Shown: positions 39,774-54,124 of the stretch, one piece after another
Layout of the letters: the number at the start of each line of letters is the position of its first letter
How positions within the stretch are numbered: the stretch's first letter is position 1
Source: Octopus sinensis
Lineage: Eukaryota
Reading direction: 5' to 3'
DNA length: 64,000 bases
Assembly (NCBI RefSeq): GCF_006345805.1
Contig: NC_043002.1
Span: forward strand, 45,074,001-45,138,000
Made by a program: the position numbers and the translations under genes
Notes under the pieces: generated by a model
What the model saw: only the letters and a program-made list of their open reading frames with translations
Told to the model about the DNA's origin: nothing
Database searches by the model: none

Positions 39774-40086
39774 GTATTATATATATGTATATATATGTAT
39801 ATATATATATGTATATATGTATATATTATGTATGTATGTATATATATATAATATATATATATATATATTATATATATATATATATATATAATATCTTATT
39901 ACTAAAATAAAAAAAGTTTAATTTCAAGCAAACTGAATTATAAATTTTGTAAAAGCAAACTAAAATGGTCAAAGTATCACAACTAGACTAGAAGAGGTTA
40001 TTATAGTTTTGTGTGTCTTCTCATTAGTGAATTTTCGTTTTATCTCTAGTATATATTTTATATACATATATATATATATATATAAA

Positions 40087-40124
<38 letters not shown>

Positions 40125-40232
40125 TGTGTGTGTGTATGTGTATATATATATATGTGTGTGTATATATATAAATGTGTGTGTGTGTATATATATATGTGTG
40201 TGTGTCTGTATATATATATGTGTGTGTATGTG

Positions 40233-40278
<46 letters not shown>

Positions 40279-40283
40279 ATGTA

Positions 40284-41530
40284 TCAGGTTGGTGCAAAAG
40301 TAATGTCCGATTTCTAGAAATAATTTTCAGAGCGAATTTATCAATTATTTAATCTCTTCTTATAGTTTTAAGATATCTCTGTGTCTAATTTGTACTATTT
40401 TCTTTCAGATTATCTTAACTTCTGCCCATAATTCTCAGAAAATTTTACCACCATGTTTGTCCCATCACATAAGAAATGTTTTATTCTACGAGTTTCATAA
40501 AGATGTGAACGCAAGTGAGGCAGCAAAATCTATTCAGACCACTTATGGGGATGATGTAGTGGATGAAAGAAGTTGCAGGAGGTGATTTCCCGTTTCCGAA
40601 GTGGTGATTTCACTTTGAGAGAGACGCCAAAAGAAAGTCGTCCAAAAGAACTTGATTTCGAAATGTCGTAAGCTCTTGTTTCAGAGAAACCTACCGTTTC
40701 CAATAGGGAACTTGCAGAACAGTTAAACGTGGTCCATACAATCGTGGTACGCCAGGTAAAACACACTGGAATGGTTTCAGTGGCTGGAAAATGGGCCACT
40801 CACTAGCTCTTTCCAGAGAATCAACAACAGAGTGCTGCTTGTTGTCAACCATAGCTTTCAAGCAACATTTTAAACAGGCTTGTTACAGGTGATAGAAGGG
40901 GATTCTTTACCATAATGTTAGACTCCGCCGTTCTTGGATCAGTCGAGGAGGATGGCCAGTTCAACAACCGAGAGCAGGACTTCATCCAAAGAAGATCATG
41001 TTGAGTGTATGGGGAGATATTAAGGGAGTAATCCATTATGAATTATTGGACAACAACCAAACAATTAATGCTAATCTTTACAGTGAGCAACTTCGTCATT
41101 TACAAACAGTTCTGAGCCAAAAGTGAGCATCCTAGTTTAACCGAAAGTGTATCATCTTCCATCACGATAATGCTCATCTTCACACATTTCGAGTGACCAA
41201 ATCTCTCTTGGAAGAACTTGTTTGGAAATTACTGCCTCACCCTCCATATTCTCCTAACTTTGCTCCTTCTGATTACCATTTGTTCCGAGGACTACAGAAC
41301 CATTTCGATGGACTTAGGTTAACAACAAGAGAAGAGATTGAAAATGAGTTGGATTTATATTTTGGTTCAAAATCTACAGAATTTTACAAGTGAGGCATTT
41401 ATAAGGTTGTTTAAAGATAGAATGAGGTCATTGAAAGCAGTGGAGAGTATGTTACTGAATAAATATTTCCATAGTCATTGGCTTATTCATTTTTACCTTT
41501 AAATCGGACATAACTTTTGCACCAACATGA
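40284..41530 (+). mobile_element. Mariner (DD34D) transposon, near full length, decayed transposase
   Basis: TIRs TCAGGTTGGTGCAAAAGTAATGTCCGATTT / AAATCGGACATAACTTTTGCACCAACATGA with TA flanks; HIRNVLFYEF; HDNAH; LPHPPYSPNFAPSDYHLF. Confidence 0.92.
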
Positions 41531-41557
41531 TATGCGCGTGTATACATATATGTGTAT

Positions 41558-41667
<110 letters not shown>

Positions 41668-41979
41668 GTGTGTGTGTGTGTGTGTGCGCGTGCGTGTGTG
41701 TCTGTGTGTGTTCTTAGACAGACTAGAGCCCCAAATTAACAACAGGCTTGAGGTTGGCAATCAGTATATTATTTACCTACATCTGGATGCGTGTAGGTTC
41801 ATTTTGATAACACGCTCATGTATTATCTAAAAAAAAAAAGAAGGAAGGAAAAAAGAAACTGCGCGTATAATACATAACTTAGAAGCAGCGCTGTGGATAT
41901 GCCAACACACACGAGCTTGAGACATAACCACCATCGCGCACTTCTCTTGAAAAATTCCGGAAAGATCTTCGTGAGACAA

Positions 41980-42185
41980 CTGCAGAGACACTACCGTAAA
42001 AACAAATTTCAGTAACCATTGGAAAACCGATTGTACCAGTAACTGGAACAATTACTAGCGATATCTGAAGAAAGAATTTCTGTATTCCGAAATACTATTA
42101 TTATACCAGACTATGGATAATTAGATTGTAACAGTTATTATAGTCCATTGTTGTTAATACAGAGCTTTGTTGTGCCATTCAGGAC
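41980..42185 (+). pseudogene. Possible LRR-CT/TM remnant
   Basis: NFSNHWKTDCTSNWNNY*RYL (cf. NPWxCDC..W) followed by a short hydrophobic IVTVIIV. Confidence 0.3.
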
Positions 42186-42191
42186 ACATTA

Positions 42192-42428
42192 GGGCTTAGC
42201 AAAAAAAATTTGCTTTGCCACATACCAAACTTTTAGAAATAGCAGCCAAAGAACTTAGCTATTTCTTCCAGTATAAGAAGAATCTCCCAGCCAATGTATA
42301 CGCAAAAAACAGTTCACGTACGCATAGAGGGAAAATAACAAAAGTTCACCCGCGGGTGAACTTTCGTTCTTTGGCTACTATTTCTAATATTTCGATATGT
42401 AGCAAAGCAATTTTCTTTTGCTGAACCC
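42192..42428. mobile_element. MITE with ~63-bp TIRs and TA flanks
   Basis: GGGCTTAGCAAAA...TAGAAATAGCAGCCAAAGAAC / GTTCTTTGGCTACTATTTCTAA...TTTTGCTGAACCC. A solo TIR of the same family sits at ~36843-36905. Confidence 0.8.
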
Positions 42429-42449
42429 TAATTATAATTATACTAATAA

Positions 42450-42469
42450 TGTATATATATATAATATAG

Positions 42470-42532
<63 letters not shown>

Positions 42533-42565
42533 TTATATATATATATATATATATAATATATATAT

Positions 42566-42596
<31 letters not shown>

Positions 42597-42613
42597 ATAT
42601 ATATATTTATATA

Positions 42614-42655
<42 letters not shown>

Positions 42656-42798
42656 ATATATATAATATATTATATATATATATATATACGTATATATACA
42701 TATATATGTGTATATATACATATACATATATATATATATGTATATATACATATACATATAAATAGGATATTATATATATATATATAGACTATACACAC

Positions 42799-42846
<48 letters not shown>

Positions 42847-42959
42847 GATATCTATATATGTATATATATATACATATACATATGTATATGCATATATACA
42901 TATATGTATGTATGTATGTATATATGCATACACATATATATGTATATATACTACCCGTA

Positions 42960-42998
<39 letters not shown>

Positions 42999-43900
42999 TA
43001 TGTGTATATATACATATACATATGTATATGCATATATACTATATGTATGTATGTATGTATATATGCATACACATATATATGTATATATACATATACGTAT
43101 GTATTTATATATACATATATATTTATATACATATATATGTATATATATACATATACATGTATATATTCATATATATATATGTATACTATATATATGTATA
43201 TATATATACATATATATATATGTATATATATACATATACATGTATATATTCATATATATATGTATACATATATATATGTATATATATAAACACCATATAT
43301 ATGTATTTATACATATGCATATATATATATTATGTATATATATATCATATATATATGTGTGTTTATATTATACATATATATATGTATATATATATACATA
43401 TATATATATGTATATATATACATATACATGTATATATTCATATATATATATGTATACATATATATATGTATATATATAAACACATATATATGTATTTATA
43501 CATATGCATATATATATATATATGTATATATATATGCATATATATATGTGTTTATATATACATATATATATACATATATATATACATATATGCGTGTATA
43601 TATATATATAGATATGTATGTATATATACATATATATGTTAATGCATATATATACATATATATATAACGGGAAGCTTTATGAAAATAAACAAAAGACGAA
43701 GGCAGGTGGAAAACAAACGAACAATTGTACATATATATATATATGCGTGTGTATATATATACATATATATATATGTATATATATATACATTATATATATA
43801 TATATATATACATATGTATATATATATATATATATACATATGTATATATATATATATACATATATATATACTTATGTATATATATACACTTATATATACA
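42450..43900. repeat. ~1.45 kb complex (TA)n/(TATACA)n microsatellite with higher-order duplications
   Basis: Direct inspection; recurring ATATACATGTATATATTCATATATAT units. Confidence 0.95.
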
Positions 43901-44090
43901 TAGTTGAAATTTACAGAAAAACAAAAGACGAAGATAGTTGTATAAACAACAAACAGATGTATTAGTTTAACTCTCGGGAAGAGGAGAATGTCTTTTACGT
44001 TTCGAGCCTACGCTCTTTAAAAGAAAGAAACACGAGGGAATAAACAAAGTGAATTAAAGAAGTTTTTAAACTAGCGGTCAATAATGGCGG
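43661..44090 (-). mobile_element. PLE pLTR remnants with a degenerate hammerhead (43991-44028)
   Basis: 43661-43730 is the reverse complement of the tail at 55415-55482. The minus strand reads TCTTT-CTTTTAA-A-GAGC GTAG GCTC-GAAA-CGTA-AAAGA. Confidence 0.7.
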
Positions 44091-44196
44091 CTATATATAT
44101 ATATATACATATGTGTGTGTGTTGGTGTGTGCGTGTGTGCATATGTACATATGCACATATCTATATGTGTATTTACATAAATGTATATATGTATTC

Positions 44197-44297
<101 letters not shown>

Positions 44298-44299
44298 AC

Positions 44300-44557
44300 C
44301 GAGTAAACACATAAATGTGAAACAAGGTGGAAAAAGAGTACTCAAATACCAGTGGTAGAGTAATATGCTTTATTTTAAGCAGCAGAAAATTCAACAAAAT
44401 CTTACTCTGGGTTTCTCGTTGCCGTTCATCAGACAGTTTTGCTAGAATGGAACTGATATATCAATTCAATCTATACTCTTACAAAGCTACACCTTTAAAA
44501 GAAATGGACTTGTTTGATTGGCCCTTTAGAAAAAAACGGTCAATCTTCGAGCGATAA
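44300..44557 (+). pseudogene. TLR TIR-domain remnant
   Basis: SGRVICFILSSRKF..W..C...FARMELIY...P...FDWP...SIF resembles molluscan TLR TIR (SRxVIxVxSxxF..WC..E..MARMExIY..YxEWP..xFW). Confidence 0.55.
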
Positions 44558-45497
44558 ACAAAAAGGTCAAAAATATATGTATATATATATATAAAAAACT
44601 TATAAAAATTATAAAATCCGAGGAAAAAACCTTACATTGAATAAAATACAATATTGACGTTAATGAAGAAAGTGCAAATTAATGCATAGAAATTAAACCT
44701 GTTATAAATATTACACTGCAATACATAATTATATTAAAATCTACATATATATATCAACATACACAAAATTATGCGTGCAAACGCCATACATATACAGACG
44801 TATGAATATAAATCTAAATATACACATAAAAGCATGTGTACATATATTCACGCAAAACCATCTCGCACGCAAGTTAAAAGATCTATGTAGCGATTCTCAT
44901 ATACTGAGTAAGGGGGGAACGAAAGAAAGGGAGAGAGAGAAAAAGGAACGAAGGAGGTGTGGAGAAAAAAACGAAATAAGAAAAAAATTATGTATACAAG
45001 CAGTGTAACGGCATTATGGCATATATGGAGACCAGTATACATACATAAGTTTGAATGGATACAGTCGTGTATATGTGTGCTTAAGCACAAACATACTTTC
45101 ACTTACACATACACAGATACGCATGCTTACAAATACATATGCTTTGCTATGCACATACTTATATCAACATTCTAATTTTGACAACATTGCTTTTTTTTAA
45201 AAGAAAAATGGGTGCATTAATAAAAAATCTAACGAAAGACATATAAAATAAAATATAACATCCTATTTTGGGTCATTTATAAATAATTAAGGTAATATAA
45301 ATAATCAAGGTAATCCTATATAATACAATAACATGAAAACAAAAGTTGGAGGTTTTTCCTAATATATATGTAGAAACATAAGACTTTGCTATACGGATTA
45401 AGATCCGCATTCCTTGGAAACAAAATCCATCGTAGCGCTCATCGTTCAAGAGTCAAAATCAAAATCAAAATACAAAATACTCTATCCATATGGTATT

Positions 45498-46457
45498 TTA
45501 TATCGACATTTTAAATTTAGCCGCGTGCCTACATAAGTTCATTAGCTCGCTTCTTTGATTCAAAGAATTATTGTCTTTGAATAAGATGTACATTTTTTCT
45601 AATAGACAAAGCTTGCACTTGAAATTATTTTTGTAAGCTCCATGCCTGTATGGTGCCGCCCTGTCCAGAATGCTCCATGTCACGTTGAAAGGTGGGGCTT
45701 CCTTTTCTTTTAGTTCCAGACATATTTTGCTAGGCTGGTTTTTCTTCCTATTCTCTGGGTATTTAATGAATTTTTATGAGAATAAATCTGTTTTTAAATG
45801 AATTTTCTGAAGCCCCTCTGTATGTCTTGTATTCCGATGAGCCTTCCACTTGCACCTTGGCTCTATAAACTACTCCTTTCACCAGACATTTCCCTTCTAA
45901 CGGACAGGAGCTTTCGTTTTTGAAATTACATTTCTTAATGGTCTCGGCACCATGTCTAATCTCAATTAGCTTCCTATTATGTTGGCTAATGTAAGAGGCG
46001 AAATTTCTGCAACAAGAATAGCTAACCTTCAGGGTTCTTCTGTTAAATATCCTATAGAATTTATAACCCTGCTTAAAATGCTTAGAGACTAATCTCAAAA
46101 ATTCCTTACCTATATTAGTCTTTACGGCCAAATTGAAAGCCGGGTTGAACCACAAAACTTTCCTGGTCCTAGTTCTTCGTGCAGCATTATTATCAGCATT
46201 AGGCTGGTTGAACTGGATCTTCTCAGAGAATCCACTATTCTCTAATGCGCTATCGTAATAAGGTGCAGTATTATGGAATGCTGCCTCGTCCGAAGAAATT
46301 GAAGATATTCTTCTACCTACATTGCTGACTAAGTTCCTAAGGATAACTGGTGGATGGTTCGAATCTTTGCTAATATACGATAGCTTTTCATTGGGCTTAC
46401 GGTAAGGTTTAAATCTATCCGATCCTACATTAAAATTTACGTCTAAAAAATCTACAC
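45498..46457 (-). mobile_element. 5'-truncated Penelope-like element A (RT thumb and GIY-YIG)
   Basis: FLDVNF..FKPYRKPNEKLSYISKDSNHPP, RKVLWFNP, CPLEGKCLVKGVVYRA, YRGASENSFKNR, CKLCLLEK, LNQRSELMNLCRH. Confidence 0.92.
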
Positions 46458-46878
46458 TATTGAGAAAGGGGGTTTCCAAAGGTCGATAAAGATTCCTGGT
46501 ATATAATTATTAGCAGGTAGCCCATTGTTAGGTTCGCAATGACTGGTGCTGCCCTTGTACCCATAGCAATTCCGGATTTTTGACGGTAAAATGTATTGTC
46601 AAACATGAAGTGGTTATTTTGTAGGATGAATTCAACCGATTTAGTAATGAATTCTTTATTGATCCTTTTTGGTATTTCTTCCGGAAATTGGTCCAGCCAG
46701 AACTGTATTGCCTCTTGGTGGTTTAACATATCCAAGTCATCTCTGATATGACTATCGATATGTTTAAGGAAGGGTTTCAGGAGGATGTCCATACCACGAA
46801 TCTTTATCGACCTTTGGAAACCCCCTTTCTCAATACATAAAAGAGAATTGGAAAAGATTCCTGGACGATTGTTTTATA
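46458..46878. mobile_element. PLE RT fragment with 5' inversion (minus 46458-46792; plus 46797-46878)
   Basis: Minus: ILQNNHFMFDNTFYRQKSGIAMGTRAAP...ESLSTFGNPLSQ. Plus: ESLSTFGNPLSQYIKENWKRFLDDCF. A 37-bp inverted duplication lies at 46458-46494 / 46799-46835. Confidence 0.85.
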
Positions 46879-48319
46879 TATATATTACCATTGAAAACGG
46901 TAAAAATTCTCTTAACTTCCTAGACGTCAACTTCAATCTAAATACTTCTACCCACCAACCTTACCATAAACCTAACACAAATATTACAGACATAATCGTG
47001 CACACCATTCACTCCTATAACATTATAGAAAACCTGGCCACTAACGTAGAGTAAAGAATAAATATACTATCATCTAACGAGGGAATATTTAACAAACATA
47101 AGGACTATTATTACCTTGCATTTAAGAAGGCACGTTATAAATATGAAATTAAGTATAATAAAATGACAACACTATTACTAGTCATATCAAACATAATCAT
47201 GAAACGAACACCATTGATAATATTAGGGAGTTCAAGTCATCTGACGTGTTATTACACCCTAATAAATGTATAAAAAATCTTTCAGTGAAACTCATAAACA
47301 AAAACATAAACATCAACAAAATAACAATAAAATAAATGTTAGTAATTACTACCTTCCCAACCACACAAGTATAAATTAGAGATAAAAATAGGTATATTAT
47401 GCCAATAACAGAAAACACAAGAAAGCACGCCAAATTCCTTCAATAACAAGCATAACAATAGCACTCAAATTTACAAGGATAGGAATAAAATAGCAACAAT
47501 AAAAAACAATATGAGAATAGCTGACTCTCTAAACATAACCCAACCTTTTAATAAAACAAATAACAACAATCCTACTTGGATTATAATCCTTTCTGCCAAA
47601 CATTTAAAATCTAACTTTATTAGATCCATTAGAATGATAAAAAAAACTCCAAAAACTCTAAATATGCTAAAATATTCAATAATAATAAAAAATAGATTTG
47701 GATTTTCAGTTTCTCCTAATCCTTTTAGGGTAATTTTGTCTTCTAACAATAAGAAACTGGATCTAATAAAAATAATTAATATAACTGTGCCTAGTACCTC
47801 CAACAATCCTACAATTAATAAAAACATTACTACTAAACATAACTCTATTATTCCAGCAAAATATAGATATAACACCACCACACTACCCATTAATTTAAAT
47901 TGTAATTGAAGAGGCCCAAATGCCTGTGGAGTAGATAGAAATTGTAAAATGAAAGAAGTCGTATACCAAGCAACTATTATAACTCAGGACTCCTCTAGAT
48001 ACAAATACGTGGGTTGTACGCAAAACCCAATTAAATCGAGAATTTCTAACCATAAATCTTATTTTAGGGATCATCGAAAAGAGAATAGTACAGGTCTATC
48101 TAAAAGAATTTGGCACCTCAAAAGAAATAATATTATTCTTCATCTGTTGGAAAATCCTATCTTCTTCCCACTCTTATAGAAAAAAATAATGTTTGTAAGT
48201 TACGTTTAGAAGAAAGCTATAACATAATGAAACTGAATGGAAATTTGGTTAATACTAGGGATGAAAAAGTTTCCTCGTGTAAACACATGATCAAATTCCT
48301 ATTCAGTACTCTAAAATAA
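46879..48319 (+). mobile_element. 5'-truncated, AT-eroded Penelope-like element B
   Basis: LNFLDVNFNL..QPYHKPN, YNPFCQTFK, SKYAKIFN, KEVVYQATI...YVGCTQNPIKSRISNH, CKLRLEE, VNTRDEKVSSCKH. Confidence 0.85.
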
Positions 48320-50228
48320 CTCTTCACTCACTTTTTGCTTAGTTTGATTTTTTTTTTTTATATATCCATATAGTACTCTTTACTATGGAATATAATTACC
48401 TATCACACCCCCTTTATATTACTATATCTTACACTATCTTTGTACATTTTTTCTTTAATAATTCCTTCTGACTAATGCATGACCAACCATATGTAGGGTT
48501 ATCACTTTATCTCTCCCTACACTTTCCCCCTCCACATGTTTGGATATAGGAAACTATATCTTTCCTCAGTATGTAATATACCTATACTTTTTTGTATTGT
48601 ATTTGTATAATGTGTCCATGTACTCCCTTTCTTGTACCTCTTCCTCCTTCTCAACATACCTATTCTAATGTTATTTGTTACTACCCCTTATAATTACGCA
48701 TATTTTACTGCTGGCATATGTACACATGGAAGCACAAGTACGACTTTTAGGTGTTTTACATGTCTACATCCATGTATGCATATCTAAGCATGGATCTTAT
48801 ATGTACCTTTGTATGTAAATTTATAAACATGTATGTGATTACTTTTATATGTAGGTACAGACCTGTATATTAATATGAACGTGTGTGGCTGAATATATCT
48901 GTATGCTTGCATACACATATATATACAATTTATTGTGTGTTTATTTATATGTATATGTGTGTGCCCCCTTTTTTGCACCTGTATGGGATAATTGTAGGTT
49001 TTCTATATGTATACCTTAACTGTATATCTACACGAATTATGTATCTATATACTCATGTGTAAATATACCTCTAAACACCTGTGATTAAACATACACGCAC
49101 TCTTTTCCATATTAGATTATATTTCTTCTGTATTGTGTAAATTTTTGTACACTTATGTGTACCCTTCTACTGTATTTTTCCTTATATTCATACAACTCAT
49201 ATGCCATTACAATCATACTGCCATTCAATATCCTTCTCACATAATACTAAACTGGATAATCTTTTATATAAATATATATGCTAAAATACACCTTCTGTAT
49301 TACCAACACATCCCTATCGAAAGTTTTACCTTTTGCTCTTCTTTTTCTCCGCTCATTTATCTCCCCTACATTTATTTTGGTCTATATAACTACATTTTCA
49401 AATACATTATCTCATATTTATAAACACAGCAAGTACATACTACTTTAATTGTTATATCAACAACTGCTTTTCAGTTTTTATGTATTTTTATACCTTATTA
49501 TTAATACGTGTTACCTAATATGATTTTTTATGCAAACATGAGTCCTTTATATACGTCATCTCCTCTCTTTAACTCATTCTCTTTCCTCTATTTCTTCCGC
49601 CATTTGTTTACGTTAACTACCTAGCATTGGCTTTTCATATACTACTTCCTCACGCTAAAACTTCATTCTTATGTATAGATTTTTTTTAAATACATTATAC
49701 TACGTATTGATTTCAACGGTTAGTACTAATTTTTATTTAAATTCTGTATTGGCTCTCCACTGGAAATTTCTATTACTTATTTGCCCTACTCTAATTATAT
49801 GGAGCTATAATTCCAATTTCCATACTCATCTATAGAGGGAACGTCTCCGATACCTTTTTACGTATATCTTCAAATAACCGTTGAAGCCGTTAGTTATGGG
49901 TAAATATCCGACATGACTCCCAATATGTATCTCCTAGATCCAATTTTTCTGCTATATTTTTTTTTAAGGTCCTTCTTTTATGTTTCCTTTCTTTCCAGCA
50001 CTGAAGAGTACGTTGATATTTAATATTTTAATTCAATTCAGTCATGAATTTATATTATTATATTTGTGTACGAAACGATCGTCTGCAAGAATTAAACTTA
50101 TATATTTTAACAACTTGTCTCCTCCATTTTTAACAAAATTGATCGGATTTATGGAACTTCATTCCAGAAATTCTCCATACATTATGTAATATATATATGT
50201 ATTATATATATATATATATATATTATAT

Positions 50229-50259
<31 letters not shown>

Positions 50260-50317
50260 TGTGGTGGGGTATATATATGTTTGTGTGTATGTATGTATAC
50301 AAATATATGTATATAGT

Positions 50318-50428
50318 GGAGACGCAATGGCCCGGTGGTTGGTGCAGCGGACTCGCGGTCATAGGGTCACGGTTTCGATTTCAAGACCGGGCGTTGTTGT
50401 GTGTGTGTTTGTTGAGCAAAAAACTTAA
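50318..50428 (+). mobile_element. tRNA-derived SINE head
   Basis: GGAGACGCAATGGCCCGGTGGTTGG...GGTTTCGATTTCAAGACCGGGCG followed by a (TG)n/GAGCAAAA body. Confidence 0.7.
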
Positions 50429-50440
50429 ATACGCTTATAT

Positions 50441-50494
<54 letters not shown>

Positions 50495-50502
50495 TACATT
50501 TA

Positions 50503-51821
50503 TATTGGGTTGGCAACTAAGTTCTCGACGTTTTTTTTTTTAATTTTGGAATTTATTGCGTTTTTAAATTTTGGAATCTATTACTTTCTTTTTTTTCGAG
50601 AATTCTGTTTTTGAATCATTTTGGAATCTATTTTATTTTTTGTTTTTTGCTTTTTTTGTAGTTAATTTTAGTTAATTTTTGTTTATTTTCAGATCATTAA
50701 AATGGAATGTCAAGTTAAGAAAAATGAGCATTTTCGACTCCTCCTTTTTGCTTTTAACCAAGGTTCTAAGGCCGCAAATGTTGCTCACGACATTTGTACT
50801 GTGTATGGAGAGGGTGTCATAGCTGAAAGAACCGCTCGTGATTGGCATGCCAAGTTCAAAACTGGAAATTTTGACCTCAAAGACGCGCCTCGTTCTGGCC
50901 GTCCAGTTGAGTTCGATTAAGAGCGATTAAATCAACTTTTGCACGAAAATTCTCGTCAAACGACAAGGAAACAGGCAGAGAAAATGGAATGCTTCCACAC
51001 TGCTATAGAGAAGCATCTTCACTTGATGGGAAAGTTTCAGAAGTATGGAGCATGGGTTCCGCATGCTTTAAGGGACAACAACAAAAATCAACGAGCCACA
51101 ATCTCCGCTGGTTGCATGCTCGTCACCGCTCAACTCATAGACACAAGCAACGATTTCTTTATCGAAACGTTACTGGCGATGAAAAATGGTGCCTGTACAT
51201 CAATATGAAGTAGCATAAGGAATAGCTTATCCCCGGTAAACAAGTGACACCGCGCATGAAACAAGATCTTCATCCGCGTAAAACGATATTGTGCGTATGG
51301 TGGGACTGGGAAGGGATTATCCATTACGAATTTTTGAACGCAACCAAACAGTCAACGTGGAACTCTATGTTCAACAGAAGGAACGACTCAACACGGCTAT
51401 TCAAGAGAAAAGAACTAATCGGCAACATGGAGTTCTTCTGCTCCACGACAACGCCGGTCCTCATATCGCCAATATGACCAAGGAAGCCATTCAAACGCAT
51501 GGCTGGGAAGTGCTGCCACACCCGCCGTACTCTCCTGATTTGGCAGTAACGGATTTCCACCGCTTTCGATCTCTTTCAAATGTTATGCGCGGAGTTTCGT
51601 TCACTACTGGTGCAGAATTCAGAGCTTGATTGGATCAATTTTTCGAGTCGATATCGAGTGATTTCTACCAACGAGATATTGAAAATCTTGTTGAATGTTG
51701 GGAAGATGTTGTAAACAACAAGGGTGAATACATTATTGATTAAGTAGTTGTTATTTTTTATTAAGTCTTTTTAAAAATTTAAATTTAAAAAAACGGCAGG
51801 AACTTAGTTGCCAACCCAATA
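50503..51821 (+). mobile_element. Mariner (DD34D) transposon, full length, pseudogenised transposase (50702-51743)
   Basis: 22-bp TIRs TATTGGGTTGGCAACTAAGTTC; MECQVKKNEHFR; APRSGRP; WVPHAL; VTGDEKW; LHDNAGPH; LPHPPYSPDLA; KGEYIID*. Stops and frameshifts present. Confidence 0.95.
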
Positions 51822-52022
51822 CATAGCTAGAACGTTAAAACTTAGTGCGCATGCACAGCAGAGTTCAAGGTCAATCTTTGCTAAGCAGCTTTACTCCGCG
51901 TGCTTTAGTTTTGTTAATATGGCAACATTCCGGATTTTTAATGATCAGATCTCGCATATGAAGATATATACATGTGTGTGTGTGTGTGTCTGTGTATCTG
52001 TGTGTGTGTGTGTGTGTGTATC

Positions 52023-52106
<84 letters not shown>

Positions 52107-53004
52107 GCAAACATGTACACCTATATATCTTTATCTACAAATGGGGAACAGGGGAACATAGCTGTCAATACGTGTGGCAATAGAGTTTATTCATTCAAAA
52201 CTAGTGATTCGTCACATTTCAGAACAGACTGCTTCTGGCTATGTGCAATCCTTTTGTCCACTAGAGGATTGGGCATGTCAAGGAATTCTGAGTAGTGACA
52301 GAATGAAGCCTCAGTTTTAAACAAATACATACATATAAGCATACATACACATACATGCGTTTGTGAATGTGTATGTAATGTTATACTTTATCATATTGTG
52401 TTACATTACATATGTATGTATGTTTTGAGAGTGGTGAGAAAGAGGTCTTATATTTATACATAAAAATCAATCAAGTTGATCTAATTATATTATTAATGGT
52501 TGGGTAATTGACTCAAAGGTAAAAGAAATGTTATTGCATTGTCTTCTTTCGGAATGCAAAAGATCGATAAACAAGGAATATTTTAATCAATAAACGAATA
52601 TCGATCAACCTACCTCCAGAGATCGATTATTTATGAATTGTTGAACACTAGCAAAACGGTTTACTAAATGAATAATATTTAAATAATGCTAATATCCAGA
52701 GAGGGAACATCATGAATGTTGAAATCTAGGAAAAACTTTCTTTGCAATTCTATTCTTTTATTCTTTTATTTGTTTCAGTCATGTGACTACGGCCAAGCTA
52801 GAGCACCGCCTTATGTTGAATAAAGCAAGACGTAGAAATGGGGAAGTATTCGAAGCAAATACGTTTTTTGTTTTGTTTTTATATCAATCTTTTTTTTTCT
52901 GATAATTTTTCTGAATTAAAAATTATATCACAATGAGCAAGAAGATGCATTGAAACCGCGTGTCATGTGTATGATAGGGTTTACGCAGTGTGTATCCATA
53001 TAGA

Positions 53005-53082
<78 letters not shown>

Positions 53083-53184
53083 CGCGTACATGTAGTACAT
53101 CTATGTGGTGTGTGTGTAAGTGATCGTGTAAATATGTGATGCAAATTTGTCTGACAACGCGCATGTCAGATTTATTAGATATTT

Positions 53185-53335
53185 TTGAAAGAGGGGGAGG
53201 AAGAGGAGGATAAGAAGTGGGGAGATGGGGAGGAGGAGGAGGACGACGACGAGGACGAAAGGAGAAAGAGGGACGACAAGAAAAAGAAGGATGATGATGA
53301 TGTTGAGGAGGAGGAGGAGGAAGAGGGAATAATCA
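53185..53335. repeat. Purine-rich (GAG/GAT/GAC/AAG)n trinucleotide tract
   Basis: Direct inspection. Confidence 0.85.
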
Positions 53336-54124
53336 TAATCGTAGCCTCAATTGGAGCAAAAATAATTAGCTAAGTGATGTTATGCTTACGACTGATGGAG
53401 ATCCACGCATTTCAAATTAATTATACATCATTATATTGTCAAAATCTGTGTCCATGATACGTTTATACTTTCCTTGCGATTGTAATGGGTTCACACCGAA
53501 TCTTCTCAGAACTCATCAAAACGTTTTGTTAGTTTTTATTTAATTTGTGATTTTTTTAAAATTTCTTTCGTTGCATGATTGTGGTTTTTATTTTTTTTCT
53601 GCATTCGTTTACATTTATTTGCTTCTAGTAAAATACTTATGTTTTGTGTTTTTGTTGAGATGTGGCTTTCTTTTGAAGGGTAGAAAGAAAATATTAGTTT
53701 GCTGTGACTGATTGTCTCGATTTATTAAGATGATACACTCTGCATAATTAAAATTTACCTAGGGATGAAAACCAAACACCATTATATTATTTTAATGGAG
53801 GTACTTTTACTGACGCATCACATCACCAATTGCAGTTGTTTTCCAATTCTATATCAAATTCTAATTCGATTTCACATCCAAGGTGTCGGTAAAATAAATG
53901 CCAGTAAATCCTGGCGACCAAACCTTTGTGGGTGAATATGGTAGACGAAAATTGTGTGGAAACCCGTCGTACATATATATATATATATATATATATACAT
54001 ATGTGTGTGTGTGTGTATGTGTGTGTGTGCGCGTGTGCGTATATGAGTGTTAGTGCCTGTGTCTGAGAATGGAAAGGAATAGGTGAATGCAAACATAGGT
54101 GAATGCAAACATGAATTACAAAGC

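Noticed and set aside
47197-47890. Hydrophobic minus-strand ORFs resembling membrane or mitochondrial ND proteins (possible NUMT)
   Set aside because: They are the antisense of an A-rich, eroded Penelope element whose motifs are on the plus strand.
50318-50400. tRNA gene (also the heads at 25705 and 34780)
   Set aside because: These are SINE heads: they continue into SINE bodies and lack a complete cloverleaf.
53185-53373. Acidic/basic 62-aa ORF
   Set aside because: It is a trinucleotide repeat tract with no unique coding sequence.
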